From: Oculina patagonica | Lineage: Eukaryota | Direction of reading: 5' to 3' | Assembly (NCBI RefSeq): GCF_052425735.1 | Contig: NC_135763.1 | Span: 14,818,001 to 14,882,000 of the forward strand | DNA: 64,000 bases | Notes under the pieces: generated by a model | What the model was told of the DNA's origin: nothing | What the model saw: only the letters and a program-made list of their open reading frames with translations | Databases searched by the model: none | Shown: piece by piece, positions 51,101 to 61,496 of the stretch | Position numbering within the stretch: the first letter of the stretch is position 1 | Layout: each line of letters opens with the position of its first letter | Position numbers and translations under genes: made by a program

Positions 51101-54100
51101 ACCTCAAGCGCAAATTTCTGAAGGATTCCAAGTATAAAGAAGATTACATCAAGTTTATGAACGAAGTATTCAGCAGAGGAGATGCCGAAGAAGCACCGAC
51201 GCTTGTGCAAGAAGAAGGAGTGAAGTGGTATATACCTCATCATGGTGTCTATCATCCGAAGAAAAACAAGATTAGAGTCGTGTTTGATTGCTCTGCGAGG
51301 TTTAAAGGAACTTCCTTGAACGATCATCTACTCAGTGGACCAGACCTCACTAACAATTTGACAGGCGTGCTGTGCAGGTTCAGGAGATATCCTTACGCTA
51401 TCACTTGCGACGTGGAGAAGATGTTCCACCAATTCATGGTTTGTCCAAACGATCGAGATTATTTGCGATTTCTGTGGTGGCCTAATGGTGACTTTAAGCA
51501 AGAACCTAAGGAGTACAGAATGAAAGTCCACTTGTTCGAAGCAACATCATCGACTGGTTGTGCCAGCTACGGCTTCAAACATATGGCAAGTCAAGAGAAA
51601 GAAGCGTACCCTTCAGCGGCTCAGTTTATCACGCACGATTTCTACGTAGATGACGGACTGTCAAGCGTCGAGTCCGCAGAACAAGCAAAGGAACTCATTC
51701 AGGGAGCTCGTGAAATCTGCAAGAAGGGTGGCCTTCGTCTCCATAAGTTCATTTCAAATGACCGTCAAGTACTCGAATCGGTACCGAAGAGCGAAAGAGC
51801 AGCGGATGCCATGATGGACCTGCCATCCGAACAACTTCCAATAGACAGAGTTCTTGGGGTTCAATGGTCAGTGGAGTTAGACTCCTTCAGCTTCTCCATT
51901 GTTCTTAAGGATCAACCCTTAACTAGAAGAGGAGTACTAGCGTCAGTAGCCTCCGTCTACGATCCCCTTGGATTTCTGGCCCCCTTGGTTCTAAGAGCTA
52001 AAAAGATACTGCAAGAAGTATGCAAAAAGGGCGTCAGCTGGGATGAACCTCTGCCTGAAGAAGTCCGGCCAAGGTGGGAGCGATGGAAGCGGGATCTTCT
52101 ATGTCTCAAAGAATTGCAAATTCCAAGATGTTTCGCACCAGTCACGATGAGCCAAGAGAGGAAGTACGAGTTACACAATTTTGCTGATGCAAGTACGTTC
52201 GGATACGGACAGTGTTCTTATCTCAGAGTAAAGGACGACAAAGAAAATGTGAATGTCTCTCTGGTAATGGGGAAGTCCCGCGTCGCTCCATCGAAGATCG
52301 CCACAATACCAAGGTTGGAACTCACCGCTGCAGTTGTTTCAGCGAAGGTCGGCTCAATGTTGCAAGATGAATTAAACCTTGCCAATCTGAAACAGTACTT
52401 TTGGACTGACTCTAAAGTTGTACTTGGCTACATTAACAACGACGCCAAGCGATTTCACACGTTCGTTGCCAACAGAGTTCAGTTAATCAGATCCAACACC
52501 GATACCAAGGGATGGCGATACATCGACACCAAGAACAATCCTGCAGATCACGCCTCCAGAGGCTTGAACGCCGAAGAACTCATGAAATCCAACTGGTTCA
52601 GTGGACCTGCATTTCTCTGGGAAAAAGAAATCTCGTCTGACAAGCAAGAGATCCATGAAATTAAAATTGGACCCCGAGGTTAAAGCTACGGTACGAGCAA
52701 CTTGTGCGGTCAAGAAATCCTTCAGCCTCGTCGACATTGTGTCAAAATTCTCCAGTTGGACAAAAGCAGTTGGCGTGGTTTCGTACCTGAAGAGACCCTT
52801 CAAGAAAAACAAGCCAAAAACGATCGCCACAACAGTAAGTGAAAGACAAGAAGCTGAAATGCTTATTTTCAAGGAGCTACAGCACAATACCTTCAAGAAT
52901 GAAGTTCTCAGCCTTATTCGCAAGGAACAGCTACCAAGACAAGTTCCCTCGTTAAGTTGGATCCGTTTATTGATGAACGAGGACTAATAGGAGTTGGTGG
53001 GAGACTGGAAAACTCTACCTTGCCATTCGATGTTAAACACCCGATAATCCTGCCAAGACATTCCCACGTGACAGAGATGATCATCGACCACTTTCACAAG
53101 AAGGTCAAACATTCAGGAAAGGGAATGACTATGAATGAAATTCGTTCTCATGGAATATGGATTCTTGGCCTTAATGCCGCGGTAACGTCCCACATATACA
53201 AATGTGTGAAATGCAGACGTCAAAGACGACCAACAGAAGGCCAGAAGATGGCAAACCTTCCCGAAGATAGAGTGGAGTCAACTCCGCCCTTCACGTACTG
53301 CGGAATGGATTGTTTTGGGCCATTTACGATAAAAGAAGGAAGGAAAGAGTTGAAGAGATATGGGTTACTATTCACATGCATGAGTTCTCGAGCGGTACAC
53401 ATTGAAACTCTGGATGACATGACGACCGATGCTTTCATCAACGCTTTAAGGTGCTTCACTGCAATTCGAGGACCCGTCCAACAGCTAAGGTCCGACCAAG
53501 GCTCCAATTTTGTAGGAGCAAGAAACGAGCTTGCAACTGCCATGAACGAGTTGAACAACGACAGGATTCAGACATATTTGACGAACAATCGCTGTGAATT
53601 TGTCATGAATGCCCCACATTCCAGTCACTGGGGAGGAGTATGGGAAAGACAAATTAGAACCACGAGAAGCGTCCTGAACACTGTTCTCGACGATTTCAAA
53701 AGAAGACTAGATACGTCTTCGCTTCGTACATTCTTGTACGAGGTCATGGCCATAATCAACAGTCGACCATTGACCTGCCAATGCCTGAACGACCCGAAGA
53801 GTTTAGAGCCTCTAACTCCGAATCATCTGCTAACAATGAAGAGTAAGACACTTTTTCCACCTCCTGGAAATTTCGTCAGAGAAGATGTTTACGCTCGGAA
53901 ACGGTGGCGACGAGTTCAATTTCTGGCGCAGCAATTTTGGAGTAGGTGGCGAAAGGAGTACCTCATCAATCTGAATTCAAGACAGAAATGGTTCGCGCCG
54001 AAGAGAAACCTGAAAATCGGAGACACAGTAATTGTGAAAGAAGACGTTCCAAGGAACGAGTGGCCACTTGGAAAGGTCATACAGACCCGGTCAGATAAAC

Positions 54101-54216
54101 AAGGACTGGTTCGATCAGTAAGGATCCGACTAGGATCTAGGGACTCCCAAAGGAACGGACATGACGCCATCGAAAGACCAATACAACAAGTAGTCCTTCT
54201 CATGGTCAAACCATAA
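48192..54216 (+). pseudogene. BEL/Pao gag-pol polyprotein, broken by frameshifts and a stop (main ORFs 49237..52683 and 52957..54216)
   Basis: Three zinc knuckles (CTFC..H..C, CFGC...H....C, CSSC...H...LH), protease LDTQS, RT FYVDD, RNase H FADAS/TIPRLEL, integrase HHCC + D,D,E (MDCFGP, SDQGSNF, GVWER), C-terminal FWSRWRKEYL. Breaks near 48580, 48640, 48970, 52670 and 52945. Confidence 0.92.
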
Positions 54217-54231
54217 ATAATTTGGTGGGAG

Positions 54232-54808
54232 TGTGACAATAACAGCGCGCGCATAGATACAAAGAAATTTAAAACGCATTCATACGCGCGCGCGCTTCTA
54301 TCGTTGCAAAAGTTTCCGTTTATCACGAAAGCGCACACGAAAGTGTCGCGCCACTTGCTGGTTATAAGGTTGCGTTTTTTTGCCTCCTGAGATCAGTTGG
54401 CGTAATAACTATAACTCAAGAAGTAAGCACAAATCTTGCTCAGTGATCAAAGGCAGCACAAGGTAAATATTTTCGCTTTTTACGCTATCTTAGTTTGTTT
54501 ACCTTTTCGCTTTAATTGCCTTGCATCCTTTATTCGCTTAGTTTTTATTTTATCGCTTATGTTTGTAATTTTAGACTTAAGTTTCTAGGCAAGGAAAACG
54601 TTGCACACGACACTGTTAACCGGTATTTGTAATCTTTAATTTTACTTTTCGTTGTGTAACCTTTAAGCGCATAAACGTATTTCTTTCTAATTTTTTACGA
54701 CCGTTTGTAATTTTCTTACCTTTGTATTTTAGTTCTCACGTTATTTATGGAATTAAATATCAGTTTGTGAACGCTGTTGTCCAGTTACTCTGGATCACTG
54801 TGGCAATA
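54232..54808 (+). repeat. 3' LTR of the BEL/Pao element (577 bp)
   Basis: Direct repeat of 47184..47761. Confidence 0.95.
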
Positions 54809-55493
54809 CTTAGTTCATAACAATCCTCTTTATCTCCAGACTTCAGTTTTCCGTAAGAAAACGTTCACAGGGCTCCTTATGAACTATTTTAGTTTTACTG
54901 CATTCTCTTACAAAATTGGTCTTGTAAGAACACTGGTTGACAGGGTCTACAAAATCAACAATTCCTGGTTGGGCTTTCATGATGATATTAAGAACCTCAC
55001 TCGTATCCTACGTAAAAACCTTTTCCCTGTTCATATTATAGATAAGGTTGTCAACCAATACGTAAGCAGAGCTCAAGTTCGCCCATCAGAAAGCTCTCGG
55101 GTTCAACAACCCGTTTCATCTTATTATTTTAAGTTACCTTATGTAGGATCCTTTTATGCAGAAGCTCAGAGGAGATTGCGTAAACTTGTCCACCGTTATT
55201 GTACTAACTTTGAAATTAAGTTAGTTTTTTCGTCTTTTAAAGTGAGTAGTATGTTCAGTGTGAAGGATCCTGTTCCTCTCGATCTCCGTTCGCGCGTTGT
55301 CTACAAATTTTCTTGTGCAGGATGTAATGCCTGTTACATCGGCGAAACTAGCCGTCATCTTTCAACGCGCATTCGTGAGCATCTGAGTAGGGACAGAAAC
55401 TCACACATTTACCAACATCTGCAGCAGGCTGAGGCATGCCGTAGGCTTGCATCTAAGAACTGCTTTTCTATTGTAGATTCCGCACTAAATAGA

Positions 55494-56513
55494 TGTTAGA
55501 GCATATTTTATGAAATTTAAGCTTTCGCGTGAGTAACGGAAACTAGCGTTACATATAAAGATTAACGTAAACAAACATTACGCAATTCGCAAAGCAACCT
55601 TGTCACGTTAATCCTCGCACGTGTGTTGGGCAGAAGTTCCCGCGAGAAAAATGATGTTATCAAAAGCTTTTCCTTTGCATGGTTTACGCTGTGTATCGGC
55701 AAAAATAATTATTTCCTTTTCGGCAAACCCACAGCTTTGTCCTGGGGATCGATTAACCTTTAATAAGTGACCGAAATAGTCACAGGCCCAGGGCAGTGTT
55801 TGACCCGCGAGGTTAACTCGTCAAGGTTGTACAATTAGGATTATCGCTACGAATATTTGTTGATTAGTTTTAGTAATTCATAAGTATAGTGGTTGATTAG
55901 GGTTAGTAATTTAGCTTTTACGCCTTCTCAGAGTTAGTACGTGCACGTACTGTTTAGGGATTACGGAAAACCGCGACTCCACGATAAATTAGGTAATCTC
56001 GGTATCTTCTTTTGGTCGGGCCCGAAAGTGTTAAATTCGTTATCACTTCTGGGCACAGCCCGAAGATGGTTACCGCAATTTCTGATAAGCTAAGGTGTTA
56101 ACGTTGTTTATAAAGTTAAGCATCACGTTCGTTACTGTTTTCTAGGCTTTTACCCCGCCAAAGCTGTGATCGGGTTTTCAGGGTTTTTGAATCTCTATTT
56201 CTTAGAGCATTCTGGTTGAGTTTACCCTTTTCAATTACTTTTACTTTGGTTTTAGAAACGCGTGCTTTGCCACCGTTGTTCCTTTGTTCTATGTCTCACT
56301 TCCGAAATACCTTTACCGCCTAATCACAGCTCTGGTGTGTACGTGAATGCGTAGGTATTTAATCGCTAGTTTTCGCTAGATCAGTTCAGGTGTGAGCCGG
56401 TAACGGCTAGTTATAGAGCTCAAATAAACAAGATGCTGTGCTGAAGTATGAAGTTACGTCCTTGTCGTCCACATTTCCCCTGATTGAGAAGACTACAAAT
56501 CTGTCTGGTAGCA
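55494..56513 (+). mobile_element. Solo LTR (1020 bp, probably Gypsy-type) inserted in the PLE endonuclease domain
   Basis: TG...CA termini, 4-bp TSD TAGA (55490-55493 and 56514-56517), AATAAA near 56422; removing it restores the PLE frame. Confidence 0.85.
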
Positions 56514-56873
56514 TAGACTACAGCTAATTTTAAAAGAGGCTGTCCACATCCGCTGGGAAAACCCCACGTTAAATAAGCAGCTCAAACATGCTGACTTAAC
56601 TCTTTCATTTTAGTATTATGTTATTTTCTTATAAATAAGTGTCGTTTAATTTAATTTAATTTTTTTTTGCATCATTTTGTGTAATAATTGTAATTTACTT
56701 AGTTATTTTTACTGTTTAATCTCTTTGCCGTGTATTTATACTCGCGCGCATTGTTCCATGTCTCGCGCATTTAAATGCCGCACGTTAAATTTAAAATGTA
56801 TCACGAATGTTGCGTATCACGCATGTTACGCCATTGCTTGTAAAAAATTCAATTTCAACTGTAAACGATCCCA

Positions 56874-56913
56874 CAACTGAAGATGATCGTTGGAACGATC
56901 GAAACATGTCTTG
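56874..56913 (+). ncRNA. Minimal type I hammerhead ribozyme in the PLE 3' region
   Basis: CAA-CTGAAGA-T-GATCGTT-GG-AACGATC-GAAA-CATG-TC-TTG: stem I CAA/TTG, core CUGANGA, 7-bp stem II, GAAA, palindromic CATG stem III, GUC cleavage site. Confidence 0.85.
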
Positions 56914-56983
56914 CAAACTAAAAGTTGTTGTAAAATAATAAAATTTTTCTAAACAAACTTGCACGCGCTGTGTAGACACTTCA

Positions 56984-58751
56984 CTATTTTAAGCTGTGCT
57001 TCAAAATAAACTTCCGTCGGTGTCTGCACGTCGACACCAGTTCATTACGCTTATTTAGCGTTGCTAAATTTGACTTCGTAATAATAATAATAAACTTCTC
57101 TGTTGTGCACAGGTTGCAACGCTTCACAATGTTCGTGTAAGATTTCGCTCTTGCCAGAATTTTCCAATTGATTACAAAATGTTCTCTTTTGTTTTTTAGT
57201 TCCCAGACGTACTTGCTTAGTTCTGTGTCATTTTTTCTTTGTTCGTTTTTGAATGTCGTCTGGTGGTTTCTCCACCTCGATTTAAATTCTGTTGCTGTAA
57301 GCCCCACGTACGATTCACATTTATCACTTGTTGTGACGACTGCTTGGTAGACTATTTCTTTAGAGAGACACTCTCCGTTGAGGGGACACTCATCCTTTTT
57401 CCTACAGTTGCACCCAGTTCTTGCCGCTTGATCTTGTGGCGCCTTTGTGTTTGTTCTCAAAATGGCCTTGTTGTGCCCATCAATAATCTGTTGTATGTTC
57501 GGCATGCAACTGTAGCTTAATTTCAGAGTGTTTCTGTTGAAGATCTTTCTCAATTTATGCCCTACCGTAAAACACTTATCGATTAGACGGATAAACTGGC
57601 GTCCTATGTTGGATTTAACATTCTTATTGAACGGTGGGTTAAACCAGATTACATTTCTAGGTCGATTGCATTTTTGCGAAGGTGGTCTTTGTGGTGTAGG
57701 CTTAAACTCAAGTATGTAGTTGTATCCGCTCTTGTTAAGCGCTTCCTGGTAAGGTGTTGCCGCTTCGGTAAATGCGTCTTCATCGGATGAGATTTCCGAA
57801 AGTCTTCTGTTTACCGATTCAGGAATGTTTTTAATGATGTTGGGCGGATGATTTGACTGCCGGTGCACATAAAGAGGGGTATTCGCTAGCTTCATGTATG
57901 GTTTGAATTTCCCGGTGTTCAGATCGAAGGTTACGTCCAGGAAATTAACCACTTTCTTGTTGGCCTCAATTGTAATTTTTAGGTCGTTCTTGGCGAATAC
58001 CTTGCATATTTCTTTTTTCACTCTCTCGATCTCTTTTGGCGTTTGTTCTAGAATTGTCAGTCCATCGTCCCTGTAAAGGCTGATTTCTAGACCGGGAATT
58101 TCCTTTAGCTGCGAGAGGAGATAACAACCGACTAGTTCGCAAGTCTCTGCTCCGTCGTAGCTGCCCATGGTTACGTCAAATATATATAGCGTGGTGGAAG
58201 ATCGCTTTTCCCATGGTTGGCCGTTACTAAACAGGAGTGAGTGCTTTGCATTGATGATGGTTTGACGGTAGTTATCTGTAATGGTCACGTGCTCGGATGC
58301 AAACTTGAGTGCTTTCTTCAAAAGCGCTTTCGTTATTGAAGGATAGAATTCAACCACATCAAAACATATAAATGCTAAACCACGTTTGTTTGTTAGTTCC
58401 TTAAACCACTGTATTACGGAGTTCGTGTTCTTCCATTGGTTTACGCTTGTGGCACTAACGAGTTTCTGGTTGATCTTTTCCAGGATTTGTTTGCTAATTG
58501 GTGTATTTTGGTTTGTTGGCAAAATTATTTTTATGATCTTTTAGAGTAATGAAAGCTTCCTTCGTAGCTATTGATTCAACCCGGTCGTCAATGTTTAAAT
58601 TTTGGGTGATGACTTTTGCCTCTCCATTGATCTTATGGATTTGTTTCTCGTCTGCCTTTTTGTAGGTCTTAGTTACATTAGCATGTAATAACTTGTTGTA
58701 TTCAGCGGTATCAAGTTTGTAAAACTTACAAACTTGATACCGCTGAATACA
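56984..58751 (-). mobile_element. Second Penelope-like retroelement (RT YRDD + GIY-YIG), 5'-truncated; ORF 56984..58522 plus frameshifted upstream part
   Basis: FDVVEFYPSI, MGSYDGAETCELVG, LYRDDGL, NFLDVT, WFNPPF, CNCRKKDECPL, VYQA..YVGLT..FKSRWRNH, CNLCTTEK...LNKRNE...CRH. Confidence 0.9.
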
Positions 58752-59174
58752 TATGGGTTATTGACCAAGCGTGAGGTCAAGATGGCAGGATATTCGTCTC
58801 GGTCCATAAACACGCAAAAAAGAACTTGGCCAATATCCTGCCTTCTTGACCCAACAAGCTTGGTTTTATTAATATATGACTTTTTTCGAGTACTGAAAAG
58901 GAAGCCAGTTGCATGCACATTTAAAGTTGGCGCGTATTTTGTCTGAATATTTATTTTCGGATTCCTGATAAATTGTTAATTTTATAAAATGGAAAAAACG
59001 GATATTCCCAAAAGATCACAAGGACAAGTATTTGATTCACAAACTTGAATGGCTTTTTATGACATGTATATTAGGCTTTTCAACGCAAGGAAAGACGTTT
59101 CACAAAGATCCTAAGTTTGGTGATAAATTATTAAACTTGTCATTTTAGCCAGAAAATTATTTTCAGACCCTGGG

Positions 59175-59293
59175 ACCCCGCGTTTTCTACAGACCCCGGG
59201 ACTCCGTGTTTTCCACATCCCGTGTTTTCCACACCCCGCATTTTCCACACCCCGTGTTTTCCACATCCCGGGACCCCGGCCCCATGTTTTCCA
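59175..59293. repeat. Short tandem repeat of ~15-bp cccgtgttttccaca units
   Basis: Read directly. Confidence 0.8.
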
Positions 59294-59403
59294 CTAATCC
59301 ATTAAAACCTGATAAAACACACAACAGACTGAACTATATTCCCTCTCAAAACAGCCAAATGAACACTTTACTGACAGGATTTCATTGCAATTTTAATGAA
59401 CAG

Positions 59404-59793
59404 AATGTACCAAAACAGCACAACCAGGATGACTGTGGCGTATTCGTGTGCATGGTAAGACAGTCTGTTCTTGTTTCTGGGTTGTTATTTATATCAGATG
59501 CAACGTATTGCAATGAAAAATGTCTCTAAGCTCATTACTAAAATTTGGAGGCTAAATCAGTGTCCACTTGAGTTAAATGACATAATTTTTCAGTTTGCAG
59601 AGCTTATCAACAGGGTAGCAACTCTGAACTTTGCTCAGGTATTACTGGTAATAACCATTCGCAATTGTCGACACATTTAAATAATCTACAAACACAATCT
59701 TTCCATTTACTGATGGTATCTTTTTTAATTAAGAATGACATCCCTGCCTTGGGAATACAGATCAAGAGACAACTTATGCAAAATTGCCTCTAA
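59404..59793 (+). pseudogene. C-terminal three exons of a Ulp1/SENP-type (C48) cysteine protease: 59404..59454, 59594..59638, 59734..59793
   Basis: NVPKQHNQDDCGVFVCM|FAELINRVATLNFAQ|NDIPALGIQIKRQLMQNCL*; QxNxxDCG catalytic motif, GT-AG phase-0 introns; no upstream exons recognised. Confidence 0.7.
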
Positions 59794-59894
59794 GAAACTT
59801 ATACATGACAGTTGACAGTGAAAACATTTCATAAGAGCAGTCTTCTGTGTAATAGCAATCCAGAGGAGACTTAACTATATGTCATATACTAATA

Positions 59895-60330
59895 TATATG
59901 AAGTGTGCCCCTCTGAACAGTTTTATGTTCTTACATAGTACCAGTTAGGGGGGCAAGTCAACAATTTAAAACAGACACGCTTATGAGTTTCTGATCTTAA
60001 GTAGCAAGAACCTAAACAGAAAAGCCAATGTGACTGTAGACTTAATGGAGGTCATAGACTTGTATATGGTACCCTTGTATATGAGGTGTGACCTTCTGAG
60101 CGGTACTACCTTCTTACATAGTACATGTCAGAGGGACAACAACACAATAAATAAATTTTATATCCAAAAATGTTCTAATAATCTCTGATCTAGCAGACAC
60201 CTAAACAGCAAGGCCTGTGATTGTTTAAAAAAAAAAATCAAGCAAGACTTTACGGAGGTAATATACTTATATATGAAGTGCGACCCTCTGAGCGGTACTA
60301 CCTTCTTACATAGTACCGGTCAGAGGGACA
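59895..60330. repeat. Three degenerate ~60-bp repeats spaced ~185-190 bp apart
   Basis: tatatga(a/g)gtg...ctctga...ttcttacatagtac...ag(a)ggg at ~59895, 60078 and 60270. Confidence 0.7.
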
Positions 60331-61276
60331 CAAGTTAGCTCTATCCTACACGCGAACTGATCTCATTCCTATATAGTAGAACGAATGCTTTTCAAACGAG
60401 CCTCTTAGTGCTCGTGAAATCCGATTTCCAACCTAGCATATTTAAAAAAAAACATACTTTTCTTCGTATTATCTTCCTTCCTCCTCGATGCGAGTTTGTA
60501 GCCACAAAACAAGTCAAGAATGAGACGCCATATTGGATTTACCGAGAAATTTCCGAGAGCCACCGAGTCGGAAAGTCATCTCCAGTACTTCTCGGCTGTC
60601 CCTCTGTGCGGTCCTATTTAGGCACAACCCAGAAACTGCCAGCACTCAAAGGATAAAAGAAATTTGACTGGGATAAAGAAGGTGCAAATATTCACTGAAG
60701 GTAAAAATACATTGAAAAACAAGAAGCTTGAGAAGCTTGAGAAGCTTAAAATCGGGCGCTTAATAATTAGCTATCTGTTTTGACTTGAAAGGCAGGGTAC
60801 AGTACAGTAACAATCACTGGAAAAACAGTCACTTAAACCTATTCAGGCCGGGGGAGGGGGGCTTTTGAGGCCCGCGCTGACTTTGGGCGCTTATAACTTT
60901 TTCAAGTTTCAACCAAACGCTGCCAAACTTTGCGCGTTTATCTAAAATTTATCTCGCAATAATTTGGTAGGATTAGTTATTGTGCCAGTAACTTGAAATC
61001 ACCATGGCAACGTCATTTTGACAGGCTTGTTTTCCCAAATTTGAATTTTTCGTGTTTCTATTTAATAATGAAAATCTGGACTGTTTTCAAGATTGCATTA
61101 TTACTTAATGACATAATGGTCTCAATTTATAAAAATATATTTCGCACAATACAAATAAACGATTGAACTAGACGTCTAGAAAATATAAATTTGTAACACT
61201 TAATAAAGTGCAGCCTTTTCGCAATACTTAATAAAGGCGGGTTTTTTACCTGAAGACCAATTTTTCCAACGCTTTA

Positions 61277-61496
61277 GGTGGCTGACGCATTTCAGTATTT
61301 TCCAGCCCTTACACTTTAATGGAACAGTATACAACTCCTAATCAGGTAACTACTATTGTCAAGAAAATGATCACAACTTATTGACCAATGATTAGGTATT
61401 TGTTTCATACCATTACTGTAATAGCAACTGGTGAAGAATAGTAGTACTGACCCAAAGTATAAGGGCTGGAAAACACTGAAAACCATTTCAGCCGCG
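61277..61496. mobile_element. Small inverted-repeat element
   Basis: tttcagtattttccagcccttacacttt versus aaagtataagggctggaaaacactgaaa. Confidence 0.6.

Larger units (their letters stand above)
47184..54808 (+). mobile_element. Full-length BEL/Pao LTR retrotransposon (7625 bp)
   Basis: LTRs 47184..47761 and 54232..54808 (~99% identical); 5-bp TSD CTTAG; PPT-like tttggtgggag before the 3' LTR; domain order gag-PR-RT-RNaseH-IN. Confidence 0.97.
46997..56980 (+). mobile_element. 5'-truncated Penelope-like retroelement (RT + GIY-YIG) in three pieces: 46997..47183, 54814..55493, 56518..~56980
   Basis: YRRYVDDTF...IRFTMEKEVDHKLAFLDVL|VHNN...FRKKTFTG...LPYVG...VVYKFSCAGCNACYIGETSRHLSTRIREH...NR|LQLILKEAVHIRWENPTLNKQ; rejoins into a 320-codon open frame ending at TAG 56613. 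Confidence 0.92.

Noticed and set aside
54777-55499. 240-aa ORF as a stand-alone gene or BEL env-like ORF
   Set aside because: It begins inside the 3' LTR and is the middle fragment of the interrupted Penelope-like ORF.
60834-60900. Possible piggyBac-like left terminus (TTAA-ACCTATTCAGG...)
   Set aside because: No matching right TIR found in the window.
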